This document shows, in pieces, positions 11,816 to 23,895 of a DNA stretch of 48,006 bases. Location: assembly GCF_000143415.4 (NCBI RefSeq), contig NW_003314305.1, positions 976,531 through 1,024,536 on the forward strand. The letters run 5' to 3'. The first letter of the stretch is position 1. Each line of letters begins with the position of its first letter. Below the pieces are notes generated by a model, which was given only the letters and a program-made list of their open reading frames with translations, had not been told where the DNA came from and searched no databases. Source of the stretch: Selaginella moellendorffii. Its lineage: Eukaryota > Plantae > Lycopodiophyta. The position numbers and the translations under genes were made by a program.

Positions 11816-13889
11816 CGCTCTCAACCTTTCAAATCGGAGTTTTTAATCTAAATGTGTTACACTGGTTTGGCTTTCGCTTCAACCACTACCACATAGCACC
11901 CTTTCAGCTACATTTTGGGGGTTAGGGATTTATAACTCACATCGTGGTGGTCAGATAAACAAGATAAGTTAGCAAATTGGAAAAGAAAAATTTACGATTT
12001 ACAATTACCCCACTTGTTTGTCTATGTTCACTTTAGCCTTGGACTCCTTAGTGGTTATATCATCAACCACTATATAGGTATAACTTTCTTTGGTCATACT
12101 AGCCTTTCATGGCCAAACTGGTTCCATTAAAGTCCTCTCCCAACTATCCTTTTGGAGCTCACCAAACCCCTCAAGGTCTTGGAGATGATTGCTTTGGGCT
12201 TTCACCCTTGGACTTTGATTTGGACTCGACTTGAACTCGAACTTGGACTCACTCTTGGTCTCAGTCTCGGTCCCAGTTTCGATCCCAGTTTTAGTCCCTA
12301 TCTTAAACTCTTTCTCAAACTTCTTCTTAGACTCCATTTCATACTCTTTCTCGGATCCCTTCTCAGACTCTATCTAGGACTCCTTCTTAGACACCTTCTT
12401 GAACTTAGTCCTAACACTTTTATATGTCACAACACTTGCCATATATCAATCTTTTCGTATCTAGTTTTAAAGACTCATTCACTGATTGTTTCGTGTTTAT
12501 TCCTCATTATTTAGAGTTTCACTTTTGCTCTTGACTTTCTGAATTAGAGCTTTTAGTCCAAACATATTACACTCATTAAACTTCCACTTTGACCACTACC
12601 ATATGGCACACTCCTATCTCCACTTTGGGGCTTAAGGATTTGTATCTCACAACTCCACCACCCATCAAATCAATATTCGTCAATGGTTTAACACCAAAGG
12701 CTTACCATGCTTTGCCTATCCTTTAAGGAGCATAATCCCTCCAACTTAGAATTTCATTATATCACATGTGATGGTTCTCTCCTTTTGTTCATTTAGTTCT
12801 TACTAAACTTATAAATACCTTCTTTATCTCAATCTCATTACTCATTCTAGAGTAGTCCTAGCCTTTATCAATATAACCATCATACTTTAGAACTATAATA
12901 TTGACTTCTCGAGACAATTTACTTAATGTCTCCAACACTTCGTATTGCACATGTTATGTAAATTCCACTTCCCCATTTTAAAAAGTCCTTTATTTAAGGG
13001 CACTATTATTCTTTCTCGTATTTTATACCACTTTAGACACTAAGACCCACTTATTTATAATTTATACTAGGGTTTTCCATGGCCCTATTATTTAGCTACC
13101 TTGCTATTCCATCTTTTGGAGCTTTTGCCTTTGCCACATTAGAGCATTTGGAAATTCATATTTAGAAATATTTTTTTTTTCCCACAATCTGTTAACATTC
13201 ACCACATGGATGTTCTCCACATAACTTATCATTTAAATTCCTTTCAATAATTTCTATAGCATATTTTTGGCCACTAGTCTTTTGCTTCTATCCTTTGATT
13301 ATTACACTAAATAACATAAGATCACTACCACCATCCTTAAGGTATCCTTTTGGTTCTATAACAAAGAACTCTATATTTATTAATTTGGGCAAATTTTACT
13401 AAATTTAATACTTAAAGGAATCTTTTAAAATAGAATATTTAAAAATATTCTTAAAATTTAATGAATTATATTAAGTTTCATCTAAACTTTTTAACTAAAG
13501 CTCTACTCCTATAGATCTTACAAAAACATAACAAACATTAAAAATATAAATATATATTATTGTCAATTTGACATCCACTTAATAGCCTCTTAAAAATTCC
13601 TACTTTATATTGGGTGGAACAGCCAGCCACTATATTCATATATAAAAATGAATAAAATTACCAAAATATTTATCAATCATTTTGGAATCTATTACTTCTA
13701 ATTAAGATATTAAAGAATTTTAGATTAATATAACAAATATTTACCTTTAATAAAATTCACTGTCAACTAAATAGTTTTATTCATTTAAAGTATAATTGTT
13801 TTACTTCATAATTTTATATCACCTGTTAAAAATAATTAATTATAGAATGAATGTTTTTTCCAAAATATAAAATTACCTAATTTCTAATT

Positions 13890-16842
13890 TTAAATTATGT
13901 GTTACACCTTCAGTAGCAAACTTTGGAGGAGTAACTATATATGCATGTTGTTTATGAAACCAACCAATACAATCTTATTGAATAATACTCGTTGAGATGT
14001 ATTCTCTAATACCAAATATAGTGCACGTCAATACTTTCAAGTGAGATGGTGATTTAAGGATCAATTCTCATTTCTTTTCCCACCACCTTATATATCATTG
14101 ATTGGTTGATTATGTAAACCACATGGGATATAGCATTGAACTTTGACTTGTGTAAAACCATATATAATTGGATTTTCCATATATCTTCCTAACCATATTG
14201 AATATGTATCATTTCCTGGATGAACAAATACATAATAGCCTTCAGTTATTTCAGAGATAGTAAAATGTTTTTGAGGTTGTTGATTTTTTGGACCAACATA
14301 ATGATTATCTAGTATATCAAGTTTATTATTCTCATTATATGATTCTTTTATCTCGTTAATCTCTCTTTAGGAATATGGCCATGAATTAACTTTTGGGGGA
14401 GTTGATAGTGTATTTACTACTTTTTTCCAATAATTAAGCACAGTCTCTATTTTATTTTGATAGTATAACCATTAGTAATACCTTTTTGGGAAATATTTTA
14501 TGCCAATGATCCATTATCTTTTGTAATCATGGTATAACTAATGGATCAACCTTAGTTAAAGGTAATGGCTTAGGTTCACCAATAAGCAAAAGTGGTTCTT
14601 CATTTGTTAAATCTCTTTTAAAAAGCCCAATCCATCTCATGGAAGCTATTCTTGAGGAAAGGTTTCTCATAAACATCCCTATTTGAAAACGAGAGAAAGA
14701 GAGAGAGAGTGCTATAGTTTTAGATTTTGTGGTTTCTTTTTGTTAAGCTTGTATTTTATATCACATCACTGGAAAATTACCTCTCATAGAAGAGTGATAT
14801 TGTAATGGTTTTAGAATGTCTTTGAAGCTTATTTGCACCCTCATTAATATAACCACTCACACAACTTTTAAAATTCTGGTGCTTTTGTTATGAGATGATC
14901 CCTTAAGCTCATGGTTTACATGATTTGAAGAAGCAAGCACCGTGACAAGAAGCGATGCTCCTGCTGTCCCTCAAGCATCCTGCTCATTAGAAATACAATT
15001 TTGCAATTGATGTAACATATGTGGGTGAATTTGAAATATGACTGAATAAAGCATCAACATCTTCATGCATATGCCCCACTATTGAAAAACTAACAGTGAC
15101 TGTATTGAAACATCCACAAGCCATAAGTAGGGATAAATATGCAAATAACCATCAATTTTTATTTTCTGATCCATAATTATCATGTTATAATAAAAGATTT
15201 GGTAAATACTTTGACCTTAACTTTAAATCTAAAAGTCCTCATGCACTTCTTCAACAGTCACAACTACTATTGCACCAAGTTTACCAGACCATTTAAAGAT
15301 TTTGAATCTTCTTGAAGTTGATAATTAATAAATGCTTTGTTATCAAGCAAAGCATTATGCAAATCTTGCCCTTTTATAATTATTCCTTTTTCTCCATGCT
15401 TTAATTTTTGTAAATGTAGTAAAAGTTTTTATAATGAACCAATTGTTAAATTTGGATCACCAAGACATTGTGGAACAAAAAAATGCATATATACACCAGA
15501 TCTATGACCATGTGCTAATAGTCCAAAGAGTGATAAAGGAAGAGGATATGCTTAAGTATTGAAGTTTGGGTGAATAGGGCTGGAAGAACCTTTTGAGTAT
15601 CTCAAATCCCTTCAAGTGTTGTCCTTGATTTATGGGGCATTTTATCACTATTAACATCCACAAATGTTCAAAATAATTCTTGTAAGGCTCTTGTGTTTTG
15701 TTGGGATTTATCTTGACCTGAGTTGCCATGAAAAGCTCAAGTTGCAGAATCATTCCACTCCTTTTTAACTCGATAAAATGTGGATTTACTAAAACCATGT
15801 ATAATATACCATGCTTGGACACATATAATACGTCCATTAAAAACCATACCAAAATCTTTATTGAAGTTTTCGGAAAGTATNNNNNNNNNNNNNNNNNNNN
15901 NNNNNNNNNNNNNNNNNNNNNNNNNNNNNNNNNNNNNNNNNNNNNNNNNNNNNNNNNNNNNNNNNNNNNNNNNNNNNNNNNNNNNNNNNNNNNNNNNNNN
16001 NNNNNNNNNNNNNNNNNNNNNNNNNNNNNNNNNNNNNNNNNNNNNNNNNNNNNNNNNNNNNNNNNNNNNNNNNNNNNNNNNNNNNNNNNNNNNNNNNNNN
16101 NNNNNNNNNNNNNNNNNNNNNNNNNNNNNNNNNNNNNNNNNNNNNNNNNNNNNNNNNNNNNNNNNNNNNNNNNNNNNNNNNNNNNNNNNNNNNNNNNNNN
16201 NNNNNNNNNTGAATAGGAACACCAATCCATGGTTTTTCTAGACCCATGTTGGAAGCACACTGTTTCTTGAGTATAAGAAGCTGAAATGTCCCAATATAAG
16301 TATTATAGATAGTAAAATAAAAGGTACTTTCTGAATATTGAGTCTGAAGTCCATGGATTGGCCACAAAATATGATGCCCAAATTCCATGTTCTTTATAGT
16401 ATTATTGAAAAATACTTTTGTGATTGAAACATAAGCTTTATGTTCTCCAAGCAATTCATTATGAAATTTTCTATCTCTATTAAAATAAATAATAACAGAT
16501 TCTGAAATTTTAGTGTTTTCTAATAAAAATATTGCATTTGTCACCCTCTTTCCAAAAATCTATTAAAAACACTTTAATAATTAAAATTATTATTCCTTTT
16601 TATCAACCTTTTTTGTGGATTTGAACTTGAAGTGATTGTAATGGCCATGATATAAAGCTTCCAGCTTCTGAATCATTTACCAATCCATCAATTAAAAGTT
16701 TCTTTATAGAAACATAAGAATTTCCTTCACCAAATGGTAAATTATGGACAATTTTTCTACTATCCATTGAGATAATAACACCTTTTACTATTGTAACATC
16801 CCCTTTAAGTATGTTACATTTATCTCCCTCATTTAAAACCAT
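13890..16842 (-). pseudogene. DUF7869-type (Sola1-like) DDE transposase pseudogene with two N-terminal TnpA/Tnp1-like domains
   Basis: Minus-strand translation gives ICVQAWYIIHGFSKSTFYR, HGNSG...DKMPHKSRT, HDNYGSENKN*WLFAYLSLL and VSFSIVGHMHEDVDALF (15051-15190), and a C-terminal YVGPKNQQP...EGYYVFVHP...IWLGR...VKVQCYIP. Stops are C-to-T type. Family naming is from motif recognition, not a search. Confidence 0.8.
15881..16209. other. Assembly gap (329 N)
   Basis: Run of N. The long ORFs crossing it are artefacts. Confidence 0.98.
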
Positions 16843-17063
16843 TGAAAAAGTAGTGATTCAAAAAACTCTGTTAGTTATGGTAGTGAAACCTTATGTAGTT
16901 TGTGGTTTAGTTATAATAATATTTTCTCAAAATAAGCTCAGATCAACTTAACAATATTCACACACAATCATCATATTAATTCAAGTATATAAGCATTCTT
17001 CAATAATAATTTCAAGCTATTACAAAATAAAATCCATCCAATTAAAAAAGTGAATTAAGTGTT

Positions 17064-17470
17064 AGTGCATGAGCACTCACACACATGGAAGAAGATGAAA
17101 AATGGAATGTTAATATGCAACAGAGACTAAAAACATACATTATTATCCATGTAGTTTAGTAATGAATTAGGATAATATGTCCATAAAGTGGATGAGTGGT
17201 ATTTAAAGATAAAGTGCATGAGCACTCATGTGCACAAATGGAATAACTAAAAACATGTATCACATTTTATGTAGTTTGCTATTAGGGAAACTATTATCTA
17301 TGTAGTTTAGTATTATATGAATTAGGATAATTAACACAATAAAGCCCATAAAATGCCACGTGGTTTAGTATGATAATAAAGTCAATAAATGCATGTAATT
17401 AAAGTTAACAGTGCATGAGCACTCACACACACAAATGGAATGATGACATTTTATGTAGTTTACTATTAGG
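17064..17470. repeat. Three degenerate ~150-200-bp repeats, each with the quasi-palindrome AGTGCATGAGCACT
   Basis: The motif occurs at 17064, 17213 and 17410, each followed by ATGTAGTTT motifs. It lies just upstream of the transposase. Confidence 0.75.
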
Positions 17471-18481
17471 ATTGCATGACATGCCTTAAAATCAGAACTA
17501 CATCATGCACTTCAAAATAAAAGCCTCTAAGTTTACACACTAAAAAACATAACTGCATGAGACAAGTGCGTGTGGGGAACATGGGCAAGAATGAGAGAAT
17601 GTGAGAGGCCCAAGACTGACAATGCTAAGCTGAGCATAATAACCATGTCATCAATCTGTCTTGTGCAGATCTTGCTCAAGCAATCTGTTTCACCAAGAAC
17701 TAGGTAGTCCAAAATTAGAGTACACAGCTCTGCAATTGTGCTATTGTTGTTGTTGCTCCTCCATCAAGAATATCTTTGGTGTTGTGCCTTTGGGAACATG
17801 TTCTCGCTGCCTCCCTCTTGCTGATATCAGACAAGTACCACATTTGCATCAGAGACCACAGAATCGGATGGAAATGACACTGCTCATAGTAAGATTCATG
17901 GGATCTGGGATAGAGGCAGTAAATATGAGACATGCAAGCCTGTCCCTCTGAAGAACAAGATCAACAAGTGGAAAGGTGCTCCACTCTCACTCAAGACCAT
18001 CTAAACAATCCAATAGGGACAGCCTTGGCTTCTTTGTCCTCGGATGGATGAAAGAGACCATCAAGGACAAGGAATTCTCTCTCTCTCTCTCATACAATTG
18101 GTTATAAGTGATGAAATTCTTACAGGTAGTTGAGTAAGGATTTTTCTACCTATACTCATGTTCTTGCCCTTGCCAACAAAATAGTGACAAACAAATAGAG
18201 ACAAAAATGTAGAAGAAAGAGAAGAAAAGAAAGAAGAATAAGAAGAGAATAGAAGAGAACCTAGCTTTGAATCCTAAAGGCATGAGTAAAGATAAACATA
18301 TGTCACTCTTTTAACTCTACTTTGCACAAACAGTTATAGACAAGAGAAAAGATGGTTAATTCAATGCAAATGCATACAACAATGAGTGGGGGTTGTTTTC
18401 TAGTATATCTAAGTATTACCTATATACTATATGATTTTATAATTGTTTCTAATTGCTTCACATTTGTCTATGATGAGTATT

Positions 18482-19624
18482 TGTCGCGAATGTGACTTCG
18501 GGTATCGAAAGTTATTTGTCGACCAGTCCTTACGGACACTCTTACCTTATTGCCACGATGGCAGGAAGTCGGTATTGCTGGACCCTTTATCAATCCCTCT
18601 TGTTCAAGTGTTAGTAAACTGGACTTTGCACATCTGTACTTGGCCGGATGAGCATAAGGAAGGAATTCCTAAGTGTCTATTTAGCTGAGCATACTTGGCC
18701 CGGCTTATTAGTTCTCTTTTGCTCTGTCTTGCATTGGCTTGACAAGAACCCTCGCGTATTGAGATTGGTCCCTCAATATTGCTGGATGATAGCTTACCGT
18801 GTTTGCCAAACACCTTCGCTATCATGCCCTTTGTGTTAGTCTCATTTCGGTCCCAAATGCTATTTATGGAAAGTGTCCAGATTTGTTCATTTGGCATATC
18901 TACAGAATGTAGAGATTGTCCTGAACACAATAGTGTTCGTCCCGTGTCCAAATTCGCAATCTAGGGACATTCCATATTTAGTAAGTTTCGAGCTTATCCC
19001 AGAGACTAACTCCTGATACTAAGGGAGGTTTGGGGTGAAAGCCCAAAGAGTGTGTTCCTCAAGGGGGGGGGGGGGGGGGCTTTGGGGGGTTCCAAATGTA
19101 TAATAGGGATAGGGGGTAGGTCAGGCATGGCTAACCAACCTGAGGCATAGTCTAGCTCTTGCTTGCGTACCTGTCCTTGTTCTGCATCCGGCTTGGGTCT
19201 AAGCCCAAGTTCCATTCCATGCTAGCTGGGGGAGTACCCATGTCCTCCCGTTAGGCCACCGGTACCCCGAAATAGCGCTAGACTCCGTTTGGCTTCGTTT
19301 TGTGTGCTGGTCCTAGCATTGGGATGCTGGTTACTCTAGGGCTGTTCCAAGTCGCTCCGGGCTCCTGTCCCTTCGCTCTTTGGGCTTTATGCTCGGGAAT
19401 TGCTTCGTGGTTCGGTTCCATCACTCCTTGGCTCCATGCTGGGGAGTTTGGCACCGTTCTTTCGTTCAGTGGCCCAAGGCCCTAAACCTCGGGTTCCTAT
19501 GGACACGTGGCATGCGACACATGGCATCTGTCACGTGGCACAAAGAGGGTTTAGGTTCCGCTTCGTGGTGTTATCGCTATGGTAAACCACCATAGGATAA
19601 AGGGTCAAAACCACGTGCGCTACA
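18482..19624 (+). repeat. Family A 5' LTR
   Basis: Direct repeat of 24623-25753 with TG..CA ends. Confidence 0.96.
19502..19540 (+). promoter_or_regulatory. Paired G-box/ABRE-like motifs (CACGTGGC x2) in the A LTR
   Basis: GACACGTGGC...GTCACGTGGC is retained in all three full A LTRs (also near 25632-25670 and 39174-39212). Confidence 0.5.
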
Positions 19625-19626
19625 TT

Positions 19627-19637
19627 TGGTATTAGAG
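19627..19637 (+). promoter_or_regulatory. Primer-binding site (initiator tRNA-Met type)
   Basis: TGGTATTAGAG lies 2 nt after the LTR; one C-to-T change from canonical TGGTATCAGAG. Confidence 0.88.
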
Positions 19638-22600
19638 GATGAGTCTTAGCGAGTACTATTCAATGAGATTGGGCAACTAGTCACATTGCATACGTAGAGA
19701 TGAAAACGATGATCCGAGTGGGTACACGTTTGGGTGCAAAGACTTCGCATTGGTACCTTGGGTATGGTTTTTGTTACCTATTTGTACTGCATTATATGAG
19801 CTTGCTCTTGGGCTCATAAGATGGATTGAGTTGTTTCGTTCGCACGAGTTTGAGCTTGGACTCGTGAGTGAGGCACATTAGCAACTTGAGGATATGTTTT
19901 GAGTTGGCGGGATTAATGTTAGCCTATCAGTGGTTTCATGAGTTGTTCCATGTACCGTGGGTGAAAGTAAACTTGCCCTGGGTTTGCTATGAGTGGCAAA
20001 TAGGCTGGTCCGTAGCTATTTAGCACGGCACTAGTGGATCCTTTCTAGGCATAATTACAAGTGAATCAATCAAGACAATAGGGATTAGTCTATTGGTTCA
20101 AGTAATTATTGCCGTGCTCTCTCATAAACTTTTTTTGGATTAGACTGAAGGCAGTGCGAACGCAAGCTTGAGGTGTAGTCAAAGAAAACCGAAAAGAGAG
20201 TCGTCGGGGACGAAGGATCAAACACGTAAATCATCTTCTCTTCTTGGAGAGATGATTTGCAACGAAGTGTTCACTCATTGCTCGTGGTCATATTATGCAA
20301 TCAAGAGTCCCTACCTTGATGCATCTTGGAGATGATGGTTTTACAAATGGTGAGTTATGGGATGGATAGCGGTGAAGCGCTAAACCATTTTGTCTAGACT
20401 TGCTATTGAAAGACTTGAATTGCAATGCTTAATTCTTTTCCGGAGAACCTTGCTATTGCTCCTTGAGTAGCTTGGTGTTGGATTAATTTTGAGATTGGTA
20501 AGAAAGAGAGTGGCATGAGCTTGTCTGTGTTGTGAACAAAAGTTAGTGGTGTTAAGTGTTGTAAATTTCTATCGGTGGAGTGTGGCATTTATGTTGCATT
20601 TTGTCAAATCGAGTTGACACTTGATAGTAAACCTTTGAAGTAATGACATGGGTGTTGCTCATGGTGTTGCTTGATTGATGATCAAGTCATTGTGATTTTG
20701 TATCATATCTATATGATAATGAGCAATGTGTTTACGAAGTTGCTTGGTTAAACGATGATCAACCCCAAAGTGGTTAGTGGTGAAGCTAGTCTACTTACAC
20801 AAAGTAGCATTGAAGTAGCTTTGACTGGATTCTCGATGGTGGTCCATTATGCTAAACTTAAGTTGGTTCCTTGTTTTCTTGAGGGTTTGCCCATAAGGTG
20901 TTGGAAAGGGTTGTAGCATTCATTTGCTATAGCTTATTAGTTGATCCGTTAACACTTGGAATAGATTGTTGGATAGAGAAGCTGTGAGGTTGAGGCATTG
21001 ACATTACTAGCACTTGTGTTAGTGGAAGTGGCATTGTTATTTTAAGTGATGAGGAAGTTTCCTTAGAGCTTGATTTTCCATGTCATTTTTCTTGTTAGTG
21101 TTTTAGCTTCACATTGGATCTTGAAGGTGGTTGAAGAAAAGTGTTAGTGCAATGTGGAAATCCGAAGATGTGGTCTTCGTGATCAAGCCTTGGATGTTCC
21201 ATTTGCATTTTACGGATGTCGGTGTTGGATGTCGAAAGAATGGGCAAAAAGATGTTCGAGGCTTAAGCATACTATGGGTCATAAGAATTTGTGTTGAGGT
21301 GAACCTATGTGAAGTTGTTAGTAGGAGGAAGTTGTTAGTAGGAGGAAGTTGGTTGAATCTTGAAAGTTTGTATTCCTGGACTGAGAGTCATTCTTTCTCT
21401 AGGATGGAAATTTTATACAAATTTTCTTAGATTTATCCAATGGCTGATCTGTTGATCACTTTGCTCGAAAACCATTCCGTTTTCGTAAGTCAGTACAAAC
21501 TAGTGAAGGGGTTGGAGTTGACTTCAGTTGGCTTAGATCCTAGTAGGTAGTTTGTATGATGCGGCCTGAAAGGGATATTGACTTTTGGAGCTAAGGCAAT
21601 TGAGTTGGATAGAGTCTGGAGTTAGTGTAGAAAAGTGGTTGTTGCACTTTTCTAAGAAAAGTGACCCTTGTGCCTTTCTTCTGTAGCGTTATGCTTGGTG
21701 GCAGGTTGCACTTTGCATTTCGTTAGACTTTATGAGAGTAGTGAGCTCTCACTGATCTTGACTTGGTCTTGGTGGCCCTGCGCCTTGGCTAAGGATGGTG
21801 GTGTTCAACTAGTTGTTTGAGTTTGAGATGTTGGTACCCGTACTATAGCTTTGTCTATGAGGAGGTTGTGTACCGATATGAGTCCATCTCATGGTCTTCA
21901 CTTGAGTTTTAACTTAGTGTTGATCATGTGTAGCTAGCCTCTTCAAGGCATACTCGGAGCTATTGACTAGACGTGTTTATGAGCTTATCGTGGTTGAGTT
22001 GGATTTGAGTGGTCATTTGGTTTGTGCTTGTTTATGAACTTTTATCTTATACCTGAGGTATCACGTTCATGCTAGACAAGTATATGACTCGATGGCATGA
22101 GTTTAGTGTTTGGGCCTTGTGAAAGCAAGTTGAAGAGTGATTGTTGGTTGCTTTGCGACTAGTGATTGGTTGTAGACTTCATCAAAGACTATGACACTTG
22201 CTTCACTCGATGATGATTAGCAGTGATGGGCTTGTTTTGCCGGATGGTGTTGCGGAGGATCGTGTCATTAGACTTACATGGGTTTTCTATGTTGGCATGT
22301 CGACTCTACCTCTGTTGATATCATTTGGTTGTGTTTAGTTCATAGTGTTGGATTTCATTGAGTCTTGGATGTGGTGATTCACTCCTTGAGGAAGTGTTAT
22401 CTGTAACTGAGTTTTGCTGAAGAATTGGTCTTGGATACTGAGTAAAGTATCTTCGACCTTTGTTAGCTTAGTTGCTAGAGAGTTTTGAGTGGTGATTCAC
22501 TCTTGCTTTCTTCTAGCTTTGTTATGGTGTTGATGGCATTGAAGTGATGCTTTGTCATTGATATTATTAATGTTGAGATTCAATTGAAATGAGATGTCTC

Positions 22601-23155
22601 TCCTTAGGATTGATATTGAGTTTCATTCATCTCAATAGAGATAGTGTTGATGATTTGGTTATAGCTTTATTTCATCAGCATTTGCGCATTTGCTAGTTAG
22701 CAACTATGTTGACGTTCAAATGAACTGAGTGGCAAGTTTGAGTTAGTTGTGTTCTAGACGAGATTATTTCGTAGGGGTTGAGCTCTAGCTTTTCCTTGAA
22801 AAGTGATTCAGTCGTGGACTATGCTAACTCTACAAGCGGAAGAGTTAGTGATCGACATTGGATGTTTGAATCCTTATTGAATTTGAGTTAGCATATATCG
22901 ATCATTGATGATTTTCTTGTGCTTGTTATTTAGTGAGTTACGTCTTGCTAAAAAATGGATTCATGGAGGATCGATTAGATGATCACTTGTTGAGCATAAC
23001 TTTGTTATGCTTAGCTTTTGGATTGATGCAAATCTACTCTTCATTAGCTTTGGCATTATGAAGTTTGACTTATGGATGTGTTGAGGGAGATATTGTGGGT
23101 TGCACCATGATTTCTTCTTTAGTATTGAAGTTAGTTCATGCGAGACTTGTGCTTA

Positions 23156-23895
23156 TTGTTAGACAAGACTTGGCTATAGACTTCTTCGAGTTTTTGGTTC
23201 CTTGAGTTTTCATACTCATTGTTCCATTTGTTAGAAGTTGTTGGGGAAGGCATTTTGGCTTGTTAGCTTCGATGTTGAAGTTAGTATTTGCATCTGGCAA
23301 TCATTGGTGGTGTTTGACTATCATCTAAGATAGTTGATTATCCTTAACAACGGTTTTGCTTGATTATTGTTGGTATAAACTGAGTTGCTGTTCTTTGGGA
23401 TGGTGGATTCTTTCTTCAACGATGATTATGCATCACTGGGATGCATTGATGGGATGATTGATAGTCTTTCATGATAAGTTAGTTATTCTCTTTGATAGCT
23501 TTTGGCTTTTCGTAATACCACATGTTCTTTGTGGTTTGCTCTGGATTGGTTTTTTGGGTTTGAGGCATCTATAGGATGTTGCTGACACTTGTTTAGGCAA
23601 CTTGAGTTCCTTAGTGTTGTTGGCTGGGATCTATTCGGATTGACTCGTGTGATAGTTGGCATGACTGAGGGTTTGTTGGTCTTACCGCATTCATTCTGTT
23701 CTGTTGATTATTGCTCGAGTTAGTTCTGATAGATTAGGATGTTATTTCCTTCGGGTGATACATTTGCGAACATTGTGCTTGTCAGTCAATGATATTTTGT
23801 GTTCTTTGAGTTATCTCTAGTAAGTTGTTGGCTTACTGTCTGTTATCTTCGGTAGTTAAGTTTCATCATTGAGTTTACTTGATGATATACTTGCT
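23156..23895 (+). pseudogene. Fossil gypsy RT motifs in the A interior
   Basis: In the correct order: LLDKTWL*TSSS (23156), VFDY (23310), VISFG* (23741) and GTTTAC-TTGATGATATACTT, approximately VYLDDIL with a frameshift (23873). Spacing is longer than canonical. Confidence 0.55.

Larger units (their letters stand above)
5456..11941 (-). mobile_element. Family B LTR retroelement, near full-length, non-coding (5' LTR 9838-11941; truncated 3' LTR 5456-5885)
   Basis: TGTAGG...CTCACA ends, TSD CCGTG/TCGTG (5451-5455, 11942-11946), Met-type PBS TGGTATCGAAGC (minus 9834-9823). The internal region has only decayed integrase-like remnants (about 6200-6620) and no long ORF. Confidence 0.85.
4407..12003 (+). 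mobile_element. Family C LTR (4407-5455 joined to 11947-12003), interrupted by a B element
   Basis: Hexamer array at 4475-4708, then the shared core motif, then sequence matching the second C copy 10028-10812. It resumes at 11947 and ends ...TTTACGATTTACA. The 5' TG end is not recognisable. Confidence 0.75.
3630..13370 (-). mobile_element. Family B element, older copy: 3' LTR (3630-4405 joined to 12004-12651) plus 3' internal relic (12652-13370)
   Basis: Both LTR pieces match the reverse complement of the solo B LTR 34496-36172 and join seamlessly across the C insertion. A PPT-like GGGTGGTGGAGT (minus strand) precedes the LTR at 12652. 12900-13370 matches 5930-6420. Confidence 0.8.

Noticed and set aside
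13370-13890. Terminal inverted repeat of the DNA transposon
   Set aside because: AT-rich sequence with no convincing inverted match to 16850-18130; element ends remain undefined.
15502-16544. Five ORFs of 150-250 aa
   Set aside because: Length comes from the 329-N gap; only the flanking minus-strand pieces are meaningful.
18604-18964. ORFs repeated at 18604-18951 and 24752-25090 as a conserved gene
   Set aside because: Identity reflects LTR duplication; a frameshift separates the copies and the frames are broken in the solo LTR.
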